This document shows, in pieces, positions 17,501 through 25,143 of a stretch of 64,000 bases of DNA. The stretch is from positions 372,001-436,000 of IMG/VR virus record IMGVR_UViG_3300037297_000066, one strand, 5' to 3'. Position 1 is the stretch's first letter, and every line of letters begins with the position of its first letter. The translations under genes and the position numbers were made by a program. The notes under the pieces are model-generated. The model saw nothing but the letters and a program-made list of their open reading frames with translations. It ran no database searches and was not told the DNA's origin.

Positions 17501-19014
17501 CCCGATCCATTCGAACCAACTACCGCTGCCCCCCTGAGATTGTCGAGGCCGCCAACCTTCTCATTGCGAACAACGAGGACCAGATCCCCATGGAGGCCAC
17601 CCCCAATCCAGCTCGGATTCGAGGGATGGCAAGCATGCGGGTAGAGCAGATGCAGGACTGTGAAGGTACGGCTATCTTGGCAGCCAACACCATCAAATCC
17701 GCTCTTGATGGGGACAGTTGCGAGATCTCTGACAATGCGGTCCTGTGCCGTACCAATGCCGAATTGAACATGTTCGAGACGGCGTTGCTGCTTCGAGGCA
17801 TCCCGTACGCTCGCAAAGGAGCCAGCAGCTTCCTTGGGTCTCCAGAAACGGCGGCCTTCTTGGGCTACATCAAGATGGTTTCAGGGGGCACTGACTTTGA
17901 GGGGCAGCAGAAGGCTCTTCGATCTATTCTCAACACGCCGAATCGGTTCTTCGTAGCCCCTGATGCAGCCAAAGCTGCTGTAGACCAGGCGCTTAGAGAG
18001 TACGCTTCAATGGAAAGGATGCCTATCAAGAACGTGGACCCGATGGAAGCCTTGGGTGATGATCGGTTCCGGCGTTCTTTGGCACATGCCTTGACCAAGA
18101 TTGACCGTCCTCGTAGCCGGCGAGAAGAGTTCAAGCTGAGCAAGACGGTCGAGAAGTTAGATGCTTTCTGGGAAGAGGTAGCGGATTTGAGAGAGACCGC
18201 TCAAGCCGAGGAGACCACAACTCACCAATTGTTCGACGCCGTTCTCAGTGTCTCAGGAATCGAGTTGGAGGTGGATCCTAACACGGGAAGGATCACGGGA
18301 GAGAAGCCGGTTACTTTCCGAGAAGCCGTTTCCAACAACTTGAAGGACCAGGGTGGGGAGGACGATGACGCAGGGGCTGAGGATGAAGACAGCTCCATGC
18401 AAGGGTTGGGGAACATTTCCTTCCTCTACGAGCTGGCCAAGCCTGATCCGAATGACCCTGCAGACAAGGCAGCCGATCCTCGAACTCCCTTTGGATTCCG
18501 AGCCAAGATGGAACGAATCAAGGAGCGGGCAAAGGAGCTTCGCTACGACATCACGGCTTGGGACAAGCAACAAGAGGCCAAGCCTCCTGAAGAGCGACAG
18601 CCGCCTCCTGGGGTGTACCTTGGGACCGTGCACTCCACGAAAGGTGCACAGTGGAAGAACACCTTTGTTCAGATGCCCGCTGGCAAGTTCCCTTTCCAGC
18701 CGCCTGCCAAGCCTGGGTCTGAGCCGCCTCCCCCAGAGGTGATCGAGAAGGAGATGCAGCAGGAGCGAAGGCTGGGCTATGTGGCGATCACTCGGGCTAT
18801 CGACAACCTGACCATTCTCTGTCCAAACGAGGTCAACGGGAAGCCTGCAGGGGTTAGTCCTTTCGTAGCCGAAGCGGGGCTACACCTTGGGGAAAACATC
18901 GGAGCAGAGCCCACCTCTCCTGAAGAAGAGCCTCCTGGAGAGCCTTCAAAGGAGGCTTCCGATGATTCGGGTTCGGATTGGGATGGTTACGAAGCTGACT
19001 ACGAGAGGTCCTAG
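14596..19014 (+). CDS. uvrD: SF1A UvrD/PcrA-like helicase with intein and acidic N-terminal extension
   Basis: AGAGSGKS, SFNKKAA, GTLHG, DECQD, VGDDKQ|SIYAFRGA, TNYRC, TVHSTKG, ERRLGYVAITRA. Confidence 0.93.
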   Translation: MEMDASTDYDFRVQAAQDEDISELEAAEYIVFNLALDTYFRYIEEVTGEEPPEDDENTLDEAPEGDTTKLDSLASDGIRLLKRVDSRFQEDAVSMLDTNLPSETHKKMLQRAFRRPARSRDAISRRALLMRTVLSRGGHKTVKAVFHKTRPLRAVKDALADAMMEDAGPALQRFAAVPIRNPRIKAWIKAAASVTRERDQPNAAPLNPVEVASSVGADHAEALRKDTVDETGLQGAEEQAVAGDERENRISDIESEAAEAAAEVLADAGEPDEVLTRSEVIGIATAAAVAASTDPTDPTNIPEPLKRLDDEQRAAAMTDGKVLVAAGAGSGKSWTLVARVEHLIKDRGVNPARCLVTSFNKKAALELDYKIGNVIGGDMADAMSIGTLHGLFRQFIDKYGTQEERIAVGVDRKGPNGFVKGGDSVASAVNRVWRKCYATQKADGTWKDADAPRVKDGMRAKTQWAGNNVTPAQAIEKAATPEEAQLAQWYEWYMGFKGDLGKDWEPPCGRKLREWEGFLAKKRLGGRIRLGDFDDMLGIFKDILKRQPEVKATVQAAFDHILVDECQDLNETQNEIIMMMSEHITDGSDGKSLWMVGDDKQCVGVDTPVQVSATETVPAGELQAGATVLAYRNGKLRPQKVLHAKHSDWRTGYKVTTESGKTLTMSPNHKIWAQGPVLEERQVAVYLMYRQDKGFRVGITNKCHDEDYYNSFGGRAFMEKAERMWVLTVCQDREEALLKEASYSLEYGVPTAVFEGASRGINQDRLDALFETFGHNGRKLLAEKTLGFDLPHWVSQSYTKHGRLRRTVQMTAHGSKGSQVALEWSGDDLDGKLEGIQFSKQANGRRRLRKWFTNYREALEFAEQVAERTGAALSRRLSTPEGPVRLLTASGLFSGMQVVVRDDEDPEAVALETIVSVEPVSETAFVDLDVEDASNFVGGGILSHNSIYAFRGARPDLFTALDGKEGWKTRSIRTNYRCPPEIVEAANLLIANNEDQIPMEATPNPARIRGMASMRVEQMQDCEGTAILAANTIKSALDGDSCEISDNAVLCRTNAELNMFETALLLRGIPYARKGASSFLGSPETAAFLGYIKMVSGGTDFEGQQKALRSILNTPNRFFVAPDAAKAAVDQALREYASMERMPIKNVDPMEALGDDRFRRSLAHALTKIDRPRSRREEFKLSKTVEKLDAFWEEVADLRETAQAEETTTHQLFDAVLSVSGIELEVDPNTGRITGEKPVTFREAVSNNLKDQGGEDDDAGAEDEDSSMQGLGNISFLYELAKPDPNDPADKAADPRTPFGFRAKMERIKERAKELRYDITAWDKQQEAKPPEERQPPPGVYLGTVHSTKGAQWKNTFVQMPAGKFPFQPPAKPGSEPPPPEVIEKEMQQERRLGYVAITRAIDNLTILCPNEVNGKPAGVSPFVAEAGLHLGENIGAEPTSPEEEPPGEPSKEASDDSGSDWDGYEADYERS
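16399..17430 (+). mobile_element. Intein (344 aa) in helicase motif III, with GIY-YIG-like insert
   Basis: Starts CVGVDTPV, block B SPNHKIW, ends DLDVEDASNFVGGGILSHN followed by Ser; removal restores VGDDKQSIYAFRGA. Confidence 0.93.
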
Positions 19015-19016
19015 AC

Positions 19017-19961
19017 ATGGCTGCTCAGTACACTGAGATCACGTTGGAGGATATGGATCGCTTTTTTAAGCGAGCCTATCGAGCTTTGCGACCACGTCGA
19101 GACCTTGATCGTGGGGAGTATGTCTACACTCTCAAGCTCAGTAAGAACGTAGGTATTCGGGTCTACTCATCCATCACAAAGGAAGGAACGGGAGCTGGGG
19201 TAGGCAGTGATGCCATTCGAGTTGTCTTGTACGGGACTCGGGTTCGAAGACCTTTGGTCAAGGGGAAGGCGCCCATCGTCAAGCGCACCCAGGGATGGAG
19301 GAACAGCCTTCAGAAGCAGATTGAACAGGCCATCGAGACCTACGACGAGAAGGAAAGCTACTGGGAGGAACGAGCTGGGGGTCCGAGTCCTGAGGAGCGT
19401 GAAGAGTCTCGTCAGAAAGAAGGCAAGCCCACGCTTCGGATCGAGCCTCGACTGAAGGTCAAGCCTCTGATCCTAGCCATCCTGGAAGAGGTTGGGGGGC
19501 CTGATGACGCCATCAGTGTGTTCACAGACAGCGAGAACGTGAACACAGTGGTTGTTCTTGCCAAAGAAAGCGCTTCCCCTTCGGAGTTGATTCACTCCTT
19601 GAGCAAAGCGTTCGTGGCGAAAGGTATCAAGCCTAAGCAAACCAGGGGGAAAGTGGTTTTGCTAGACTACGATGACGTGGCTGGTTCAGACACGGCCCCG
19701 GCTCCGAAGTTGCCTCCCACAGACAAGCAGATTCGGTTCGCTCTCAAGCTGCTCAAGAAGGTCAGCGACGACAACTGGTACGACCATAGCTGGAACCAGA
19801 AGTACAAGATCCCTACGGTTCCCGACGAAGAACAACTGCGTGGGATGGAGCGGCGCCAGGTCAGTGCTCTCATTGACGACTTGCTGAAGAACGGGTTCGG
19901 CTACTACAGAAACGCTTCTACTTTGGATTTGGAATACCCTGAATACGACCAGTTGATGTAG
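19017..19961 (+). CDS. Multi-domain hypothetical protein
   Basis: N-terminal IRVYSSI...GSDAIRV...RTQGWR domain; C-terminal PTDKQIRF...VSALIDDL helical module. Confidence 0.6.
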   Translation: MAAQYTEITLEDMDRFFKRAYRALRPRRDLDRGEYVYTLKLSKNVGIRVYSSITKEGTGAGVGSDAIRVVLYGTRVRRPLVKGKAPIVKRTQGWRNSLQKQIEQAIETYDEKESYWEERAGGPSPEEREESRQKEGKPTLRIEPRLKVKPLILAILEEVGGPDDAISVFTDSENVNTVVVLAKESASPSELIHSLSKAFVAKGIKPKQTRGKVVLLDYDDVAGSDTAPAPKLPPTDKQIRFALKLLKKVSDDNWYDHSWNQKYKIPTVPDEEQLRGMERRQVSALIDDLLKNGFGYYRNASTLDLEYPEYDQLM

Positions 19962-19970
19962 ACTGAGGGT

Positions 19971-20798
19971 ATGCCGGACCTAGAGCTGCAGGTCGTCGTA
20001 AACGAAGATCTTCCGTACGAGTTGGAGTCCGGGGTCGCTTTTGGGGACTTCGAGGTTCGTGAAGGGGTTGTTTACGACGGGGGCCCTGAAAGCCTGCTTC
20101 AGCTTTACCGGAATCTCCTGGTGGGGAGAGCTCACGGCCTAACTCTCTACACTCGGAAGATCCCTTGGGTGTCGAGTCTGGTTGCCATCGCCTTGTTCTT
20201 GAGGAGGGACCTGGCAGTGCATCCCAAGATGGCACAGTTTGTGATGTCGGCCGACCTGGCTAGCACCTACGGAGCGGCTGGGTTAGCCCATGTGGAGCCC
20301 GACGTGTGTTCCTTCTTGAGACTCCTGAGGGACTACGTGGTGGACCAAAAGCTCGGAAAACCAGAGTTGGGCCGGAGACTTCATCAAGCGGTCGAGTGGA
20401 TCGGGGAGTACATTTTGGAGGACCGTCTTCCGAACCTTCGGCCTGACCCAGAACCTCCTCAGGTATTGGATGTGGGCACAGATGGGTTCGTAACGGCGCT
20501 GTCTTCCAGGCCGGAAATCACCCAAGATGATTGGATCCCTCTCTATCGGCAAGGTTTCTTGCGTGGGGTACTCTTCACTCCTCCCGAGAATGACTTCAGA
20601 GGGTACCTAGCTTCCCGCAAGAGCTCTTGGCTGACCTTCGACCTGCCCAAGGCCGCTGTTTGGCTAAACGAGGCTGAGAAGGCTCTGAGGGGCCTGGCCG
20701 GTCCGCTTTGGGAAGCGGATGGGGATTGGCTTTGGGGCCCGGAGCCTGGGACACTCCTTCCTCCTTCCTCCGTTTTGGATGTTCTGACCAGGGTCTAG
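19971..20798 (+). CDS. Hypothetical protein, possibly a degenerate DHH-like fold
   Basis: 275-aa ORF with GAGG Shine-Dalgarno; no intact catalytic motif recognised. Confidence 0.45.
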   Translation: MPDLELQVVVNEDLPYELESGVAFGDFEVREGVVYDGGPESLLQLYRNLLVGRAHGLTLYTRKIPWVSSLVAIALFLRRDLAVHPKMAQFVMSADLASTYGAAGLAHVEPDVCSFLRLLRDYVVDQKLGKPELGRRLHQAVEWIGEYILEDRLPNLRPDPEPPQVLDVGTDGFVTALSSRPEITQDDWIPLYRQGFLRGVLFTPPENDFRGYLASRKSSWLTFDLPKAAVWLNEAEKALRGLAGPLWEADGDWLWGPEPGTLLPPSSVLDVLTRV

Positions 20799-20831
20799 CG
20801 ATAGAGTTTTCGTGCCCATGTCTCTGTAGGC

Positions 20832-21878
20832 ATGCCTGCACGAGTTTTAGTCACCCTCGGAACGGATGGGATCACCAACTGGGTTCAGGCCCCGAACGGT
20901 CGAAAACTGAGTTTGGGGACCATTGCTCCTGTCAAGTTCGTAGTGGAATTGGCTTCCAACGCTAGGGCGGCTCGGCAGGCTCTGGATGGCTTTGTTCGGG
21001 ATGGGGAGGGGATGCTGAGTGTGGATCTTCAGGGGATGTTGGATTTGCTCACACCTAGACGCACTCGATGGGCCACGGATGCTTTTATTCCCTCTGATCT
21101 ACAACAGATGGAGAAGTCTAGCCTGGACCTACAGTGGGTCGATTTGTTCCTCTCAAAGGCAGAGGGACAGGTGCAGAAGTTGTCTTCGGAACCCGGAGAC
21201 CCTTCTGAACTGGAGACCCTCAACAAGTCTGTCCAGGCTCTTTGCCATCCAGAGCAGGTTTCCTTTGAGGGAAGGCTGACTGCCATCGAAGCGTGTCTTG
21301 AGAAGGTTCCTTTGTCGGAGGAGAGGGTAGCTACCTTGAGATATTTGGTAGCGAGTCTTCAAACTCCTAAGGCCGCCGTTGAGTTGGCCGAAAGCATTCT
21401 AGCTGAGGTTCGAGAGACGAATGCTCGGATTGATTCCCTGGTCGAGCAAGGAAAGCGTTTCAGTTCGGTCAAAGCCAAAACTGAACTGGCCAAGGTGGTC
21501 AATGCTGTGGCCGGCATTGCTACTCATGATGTGACGGTTCCAGAAGTTCGAGAGGAGCTGAATGCAACGGCCTGTCGAGCAGACGAGTTGCACCGTCTCT
21601 TTTTCAGCAAGAGTGCAGCTCTTCGTCCGGGAGCAGCCACTCAACTTGAGTCAGCTCTCAACAAACTCCTCCGAAAGTTCCGTGGTGTGAAGGTGTCCTT
21701 GGATTTTCGTACCCGAGGCAAGAAGCAGGAGCCTTACATCACAGTTGCTATGCCGAGCCGAGATTGGTTTGAGAACACCTTGGCTCGTGACTTGGACGCT
21801 TTGGGGGACTTCAATTCTCTAGTTGGCTCCTATGGGGCTGAGTACAAGCTGACCGGACAAGAGATCATCATCCAATGA
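20832..21878 (+). CDS. Hypothetical helical protein, candidate head-internal protein
   Basis: 348 aa; contains RWAT, RVAT and KSAA motifs. Confidence 0.55.
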   Translation: MPARVLVTLGTDGITNWVQAPNGRKLSLGTIAPVKFVVELASNARAARQALDGFVRDGEGMLSVDLQGMLDLLTPRRTRWATDAFIPSDLQQMEKSSLDLQWVDLFLSKAEGQVQKLSSEPGDPSELETLNKSVQALCHPEQVSFEGRLTAIEACLEKVPLSEERVATLRYLVASLQTPKAAVELAESILAEVRETNARIDSLVEQGKRFSSVKAKTELAKVVNAVAGIATHDVTVPEVREELNATACRADELHRLFFSKSAALRPGAATQLESALNKLLRKFRGVKVSLDFRTRGKKQEPYITVAMPSRDWFENTLARDLDALGDFNSLVGSYGAEYKLTGQEIIIQ

Positions 21879-21907
21879 GGATTTGAACCCGCCAGGGAGG
21901 ACCTACC

Positions 21908-22630
21908 GTGCCTACTGCAACCAATTCCAACAGCAACGCAAACTACATCTACCGGATGGGCACGAGCCCCAACACCCGAGCGGCCGTTTCACAAAAAAAC
22001 AAGGTCTACGGGTACATGGAGGGAGCCCAACGGTTTCAGCAGATCGGTGTTCTTTCTGAGTTCGGGCATGATGAGTCTCGGGCCATCGAGCCTATCCGTG
22101 GGGTAGGTTATGGTGATCAGGTTGCCGAGCTCATTCCGGGTGTAACGGAGCCAATGACCTTGACGGTCAACAAGACTCTGCTGTACGCCGTGAACATCTT
22201 CCAGGCACTCGGCTACAAGGGTGGGGTTCGAGGGCTGGTTCGAAGCCTCAAGCACCACCGGTGGCCGTTCGACATCCGTCAAGAACTGGTTTTCAGTGAG
22301 ATCGCTTCGGCTTGGGATACCTCTGAGTATCAAGAGAAAGCTTTGACTCAGGCAGGGGCTGTTCCGACACCTGCGTCTGTGATCAAGGCTCTGTTCACCT
22401 TCTACGAGGGTTGCTGGATGAACAGCTACTCGGCTTCCTACACATCGGATGCCTCGATCGTAGCGGAGAACTCCAGCGTCACCGTGACCGACGTTCTTGA
22501 TGGCAAGAGCACCTATGGTGAGTACATCGACAGCGGTCTGGCTCCAGTGTCTGAGAATGGTTCGGCAGGTGTTGGCTACTCCATCCGGTTCTCTGGAGGA
22601 GGCGCCGCGACACCGGCTCCTGCCGTCTAG
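21908..22630 (+). CDS. Tail tube protein
   Basis: IG.LSEF...ESRAIEPIRGVG...ELIPG...PFDI...YEGCW..SYS..Y...IVAEN is a myovirus tube pattern; GGAGG Shine-Dalgarno, GTG start. Confidence 0.8.
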   Translation: MPTATNSNSNANYIYRMGTSPNTRAAVSQKNKVYGYMEGAQRFQQIGVLSEFGHDESRAIEPIRGVGYGDQVAELIPGVTEPMTLTVNKTLLYAVNIFQALGYKGGVRGLVRSLKHHRWPFDIRQELVFSEIASAWDTSEYQEKALTQAGAVPTPASVIKALFTFYEGCWMNSYSASYTSDASIVAENSSVTVTDVLDGKSTYGEYIDSGLAPVSENGSAGVGYSIRFSGGGAATPAPAV

Positions 22631-22731
22631 TACGGTTGGACGACGATGAAGATGAGAATGCAGCAAGTACAATTGCGCCCTAGGCAGATGTAGACTTCCG
22701 CCTTCATCGCCGTCCTCAGATAAAGAAGAGG

Positions 22732-23880
22732 ATGAGGATGGCAACACTCAAGGCGACAAAGCTCCAAGCAGCTATACGCAAGGCAAAGAAGGTTGGTCTG
22801 GTTGAGGAGTTCGTAACCATTACGGGCTGCCCGATAACGCTGACCAACCTTCAGCCTGAGCAGTTTGAGCAGATCGTAGATGAATGCGAAGAACTGGAGG
22901 ATGTGGCCTACTACCACGCCTACCAGATCGGGCACATTTCTCGCAGTCTGGTTGAGGTCAACGGGATCGACCTAAGAGATGTTGACTTCGTAGAAGTTGA
23001 GGTCCAAGAGCCTGATGATTCGGGGCAGTTGGTACCCAAGACGGTCCAGATCGAGCGTCACGAATGGGTCAAGAAAGAGATCCTTTCGACATGGGGGAGA
23101 GAAGCCCTTGCTATAGCTTGGCGCAAGTTCATGGATGTCCTCCACAAGGCCGAGTTAGCGTCTAAGGAGGGGGTTACTTTCGACCTGGCGCAAGAAACTC
23201 CAGAGGAGAAGTATCGCCGTCTGTTGGACGAGGCCAGGGAAATTGAGGAGAACCTGCCTCCGGATCTGGTTCCACGCATTCTGGAGGAGAAAGGCTACCT
23301 GCTCAAGGCTTCTAAAGAGGAGTTGGAAGCCGCTGGAGAGAGGATAGATCGCCTAGCTCAGGAGCAAGAGGAGAGCTCCCCTTCTTCGGAACCTCCACCA
23401 CCCTCTCCTGAGCCTCCAGTACCCCCTCCAGTACCCCCTCCAGTGGCTTTGGCGTCTCCTACTCAGGGTTCCCCTCAGGAGGTTCCAAAACAGCCTCTAG
23501 ACGCTCCTGAGGGCCCTAGTCAGGACGTTAAGCAGAGAATGTCTAGTCGGACTCCTTTGAATCGCCAAGGAGTGCAGGCTCCGATACCGGTTCAGAGGCG
23601 TGTGGTTTCGGCTCAACAGTCAGTTCCGGTGCCCCCCAATATTGCAGCCGCTGCTATGAGTGCGTCGGACAAGGCGGAGATAGAGAGGAAGGCGTTAGAG
23701 GAGTTGGACCCTAGTTTAGCTCAGGCAGATCCTTCTCAGTCTGCCAAACGACCTTCTGCGGGGGAGATTGCGGAACTTCGAAAACAAGGGACTTTGGATG
23801 CTCGGGCTCTCGTAGGCATCACGGACACCCCTCCTCCTGCTGGGATAAACCCTAGGTACCGAAAGCCGCCTGGACTGTGA
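22732..23880 (+). CDS. Tail assembly chaperone-like protein with Pro-rich tail
   Basis: Between tube and tape measure; ITLTNL...SLVEVNG pattern; start may be 22738. Confidence 0.55.
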   Translation: MRMATLKATKLQAAIRKAKKVGLVEEFVTITGCPITLTNLQPEQFEQIVDECEELEDVAYYHAYQIGHISRSLVEVNGIDLRDVDFVEVEVQEPDDSGQLVPKTVQIERHEWVKKEILSTWGREALAIAWRKFMDVLHKAELASKEGVTFDLAQETPEEKYRRLLDEAREIEENLPPDLVPRILEEKGYLLKASKEELEAAGERIDRLAQEQEESSPSSEPPPPSPEPPVPPPVPPPVALASPTQGSPQEVPKQPLDAPEGPSQDVKQRMSSRTPLNRQGVQAPIPVQRRVVSAQQSVPVPPNIAAAAMSASDKAEIERKALEELDPSLAQADPSQSAKRPSAGEIAELRKQGTLDARALVGITDTPPPAGINPRYRKPPGL

Positions 23881-23884
23881 TCGT

Positions 23885-25141
23885 ATGAGCTACGAGGAAG
23901 ACCAGGCCAAACTCAAGCGAGAGTTGGAAGGGGCGCCCGAGGATCCGGATGACGCTTCTTTCATTCCTCCAGAGCCTGAGGTTAACCCGGAAGTATACAA
24001 GGATGTGGAGCCCTTGCTTTTTCGAGGGTTTCTATACCAAGCAGCAGAGATCAATGGGGTCCCTTTCGTTTTCAAGTCTCTCAACCAGCATGAGTTCGAT
24101 GCTTTGAATTTAGGGGGAGTTCCCTCTGGTAACCACAAGCTGGTTCAGAGGTACTACGACCGGTTTCTTTCTTACGGGGTCTTCAAGATCGATGACCAGA
24201 ATGTGCTGGTAGATCGGGAAGAGAGTCTGCCTGAACTGGTTGACTTCTTTAAGAGCCTTTCGGGCGAGGCCAAGCAAAAGGTAGTGCGTTACCTGAGTGA
24301 ATTGAATCGTAGGGCCAGTCGAGCTGTCTTGTTGTCTGAGGTCTTTGCTATGGAAAGCACCTCCAGGCATCGATGGTCTCAGTATCAGGGGATGGATCTA
24401 ACTTCTCCAGCCGTCACGGGGATTCGAGGCACTGAGTACCTGGGACTCAACTGGGGACAGTTGGCTTGGCGGGCGTTCAACTACTTCGAGGACATGAAGG
24501 TCCAAATGGAGGTGGACTGGGAAAACACGAAATTCGTAGCCAGCTCAATGGCCGGGAAGGGCATGAACAAGATTCACTCCCAGGATAAGACTCGGCGCAA
24601 GAGCGAAATGATGGAGAGGCGCGAACGAAAGGACAAGATCCTTCGTTTGGCCGTCTTAGGTGAGCCATTTGAGGATAGCAAGAAGGATAGCGCTCAACTC
24701 AAGGTAGCTCGAACGGTCGAAGAGTTGACGGACCAATTGGAAAGAGATCTTAAGGGTGAGAAAGACTGGCACGACATGGTGATTGCTGACCATGAACGGC
24801 GACTCAAAGAAGAGTACGAGGCCAAGTCCCAACGTCTGAAGGATCTGGCAGCTGCTCATCTGGCTGAGTATGGGGAGAGCCGACTAGCAGGCTCTACGGA
24901 TCGTCAAGGGTTGTCTAAGGCCCAAGTGGAAGAACGTGTTCAGCGACGACGTCAACTCATGGCTCAGCGATTGGCTCAGGGAATCGTCTACCCGGAGCTT
25001 CAAGACCCTAAGATGGCCAACCACATTGAGAAGTGGCAGAGCGCTGTTCCTCTGATTAGGACCAGTCGGGATCCGAGCACTGCTACTCCTGCTGTTACCC
25101 GTTCTCGTCCTGTGTCTCAGCCCTTCAACCTTAAGAGGTAG
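23885..25141 (+). CDS. Second tail assembly chaperone-like protein
   Basis: N-terminal region resembles the previous gene (INGVPFVFKSL); lies directly upstream of the tape measure. Confidence 0.55.
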   Translation: MSYEEDQAKLKRELEGAPEDPDDASFIPPEPEVNPEVYKDVEPLLFRGFLYQAAEINGVPFVFKSLNQHEFDALNLGGVPSGNHKLVQRYYDRFLSYGVFKIDDQNVLVDREESLPELVDFFKSLSGEAKQKVVRYLSELNRRASRAVLLSEVFAMESTSRHRWSQYQGMDLTSPAVTGIRGTEYLGLNWGQLAWRAFNYFEDMKVQMEVDWENTKFVASSMAGKGMNKIHSQDKTRRKSEMMERRERKDKILRLAVLGEPFEDSKKDSAQLKVARTVEELTDQLERDLKGEKDWHDMVIADHERRLKEEYEAKSQRLKDLAAAHLAEYGESRLAGSTDRQGLSKAQVEERVQRRRQLMAQRLAQGIVYPELQDPKMANHIEKWQSAVPLIRTSRDPSTATPAVTRSRPVSQPFNLKR

Positions 25142-25143
25142 TT

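Noticed and set aside
21994-22000. In-frame slippery heptamer A AAA AAC in the tube gene
   Set aside because: The -1 frame stops about 20 codons later, so no useful product results.
23416-23444. Short tandem repeats (CCAGTACCCCCT x2; ACCGACCCT x2 near 15472)
   Set aside because: Ordinary Pro-rich linker slippage.
22732-25141. Lambda G/GT-type chaperone frameshift
   Set aside because: Two separate ORFs with their own starts, and no slippery site seen at the junction.
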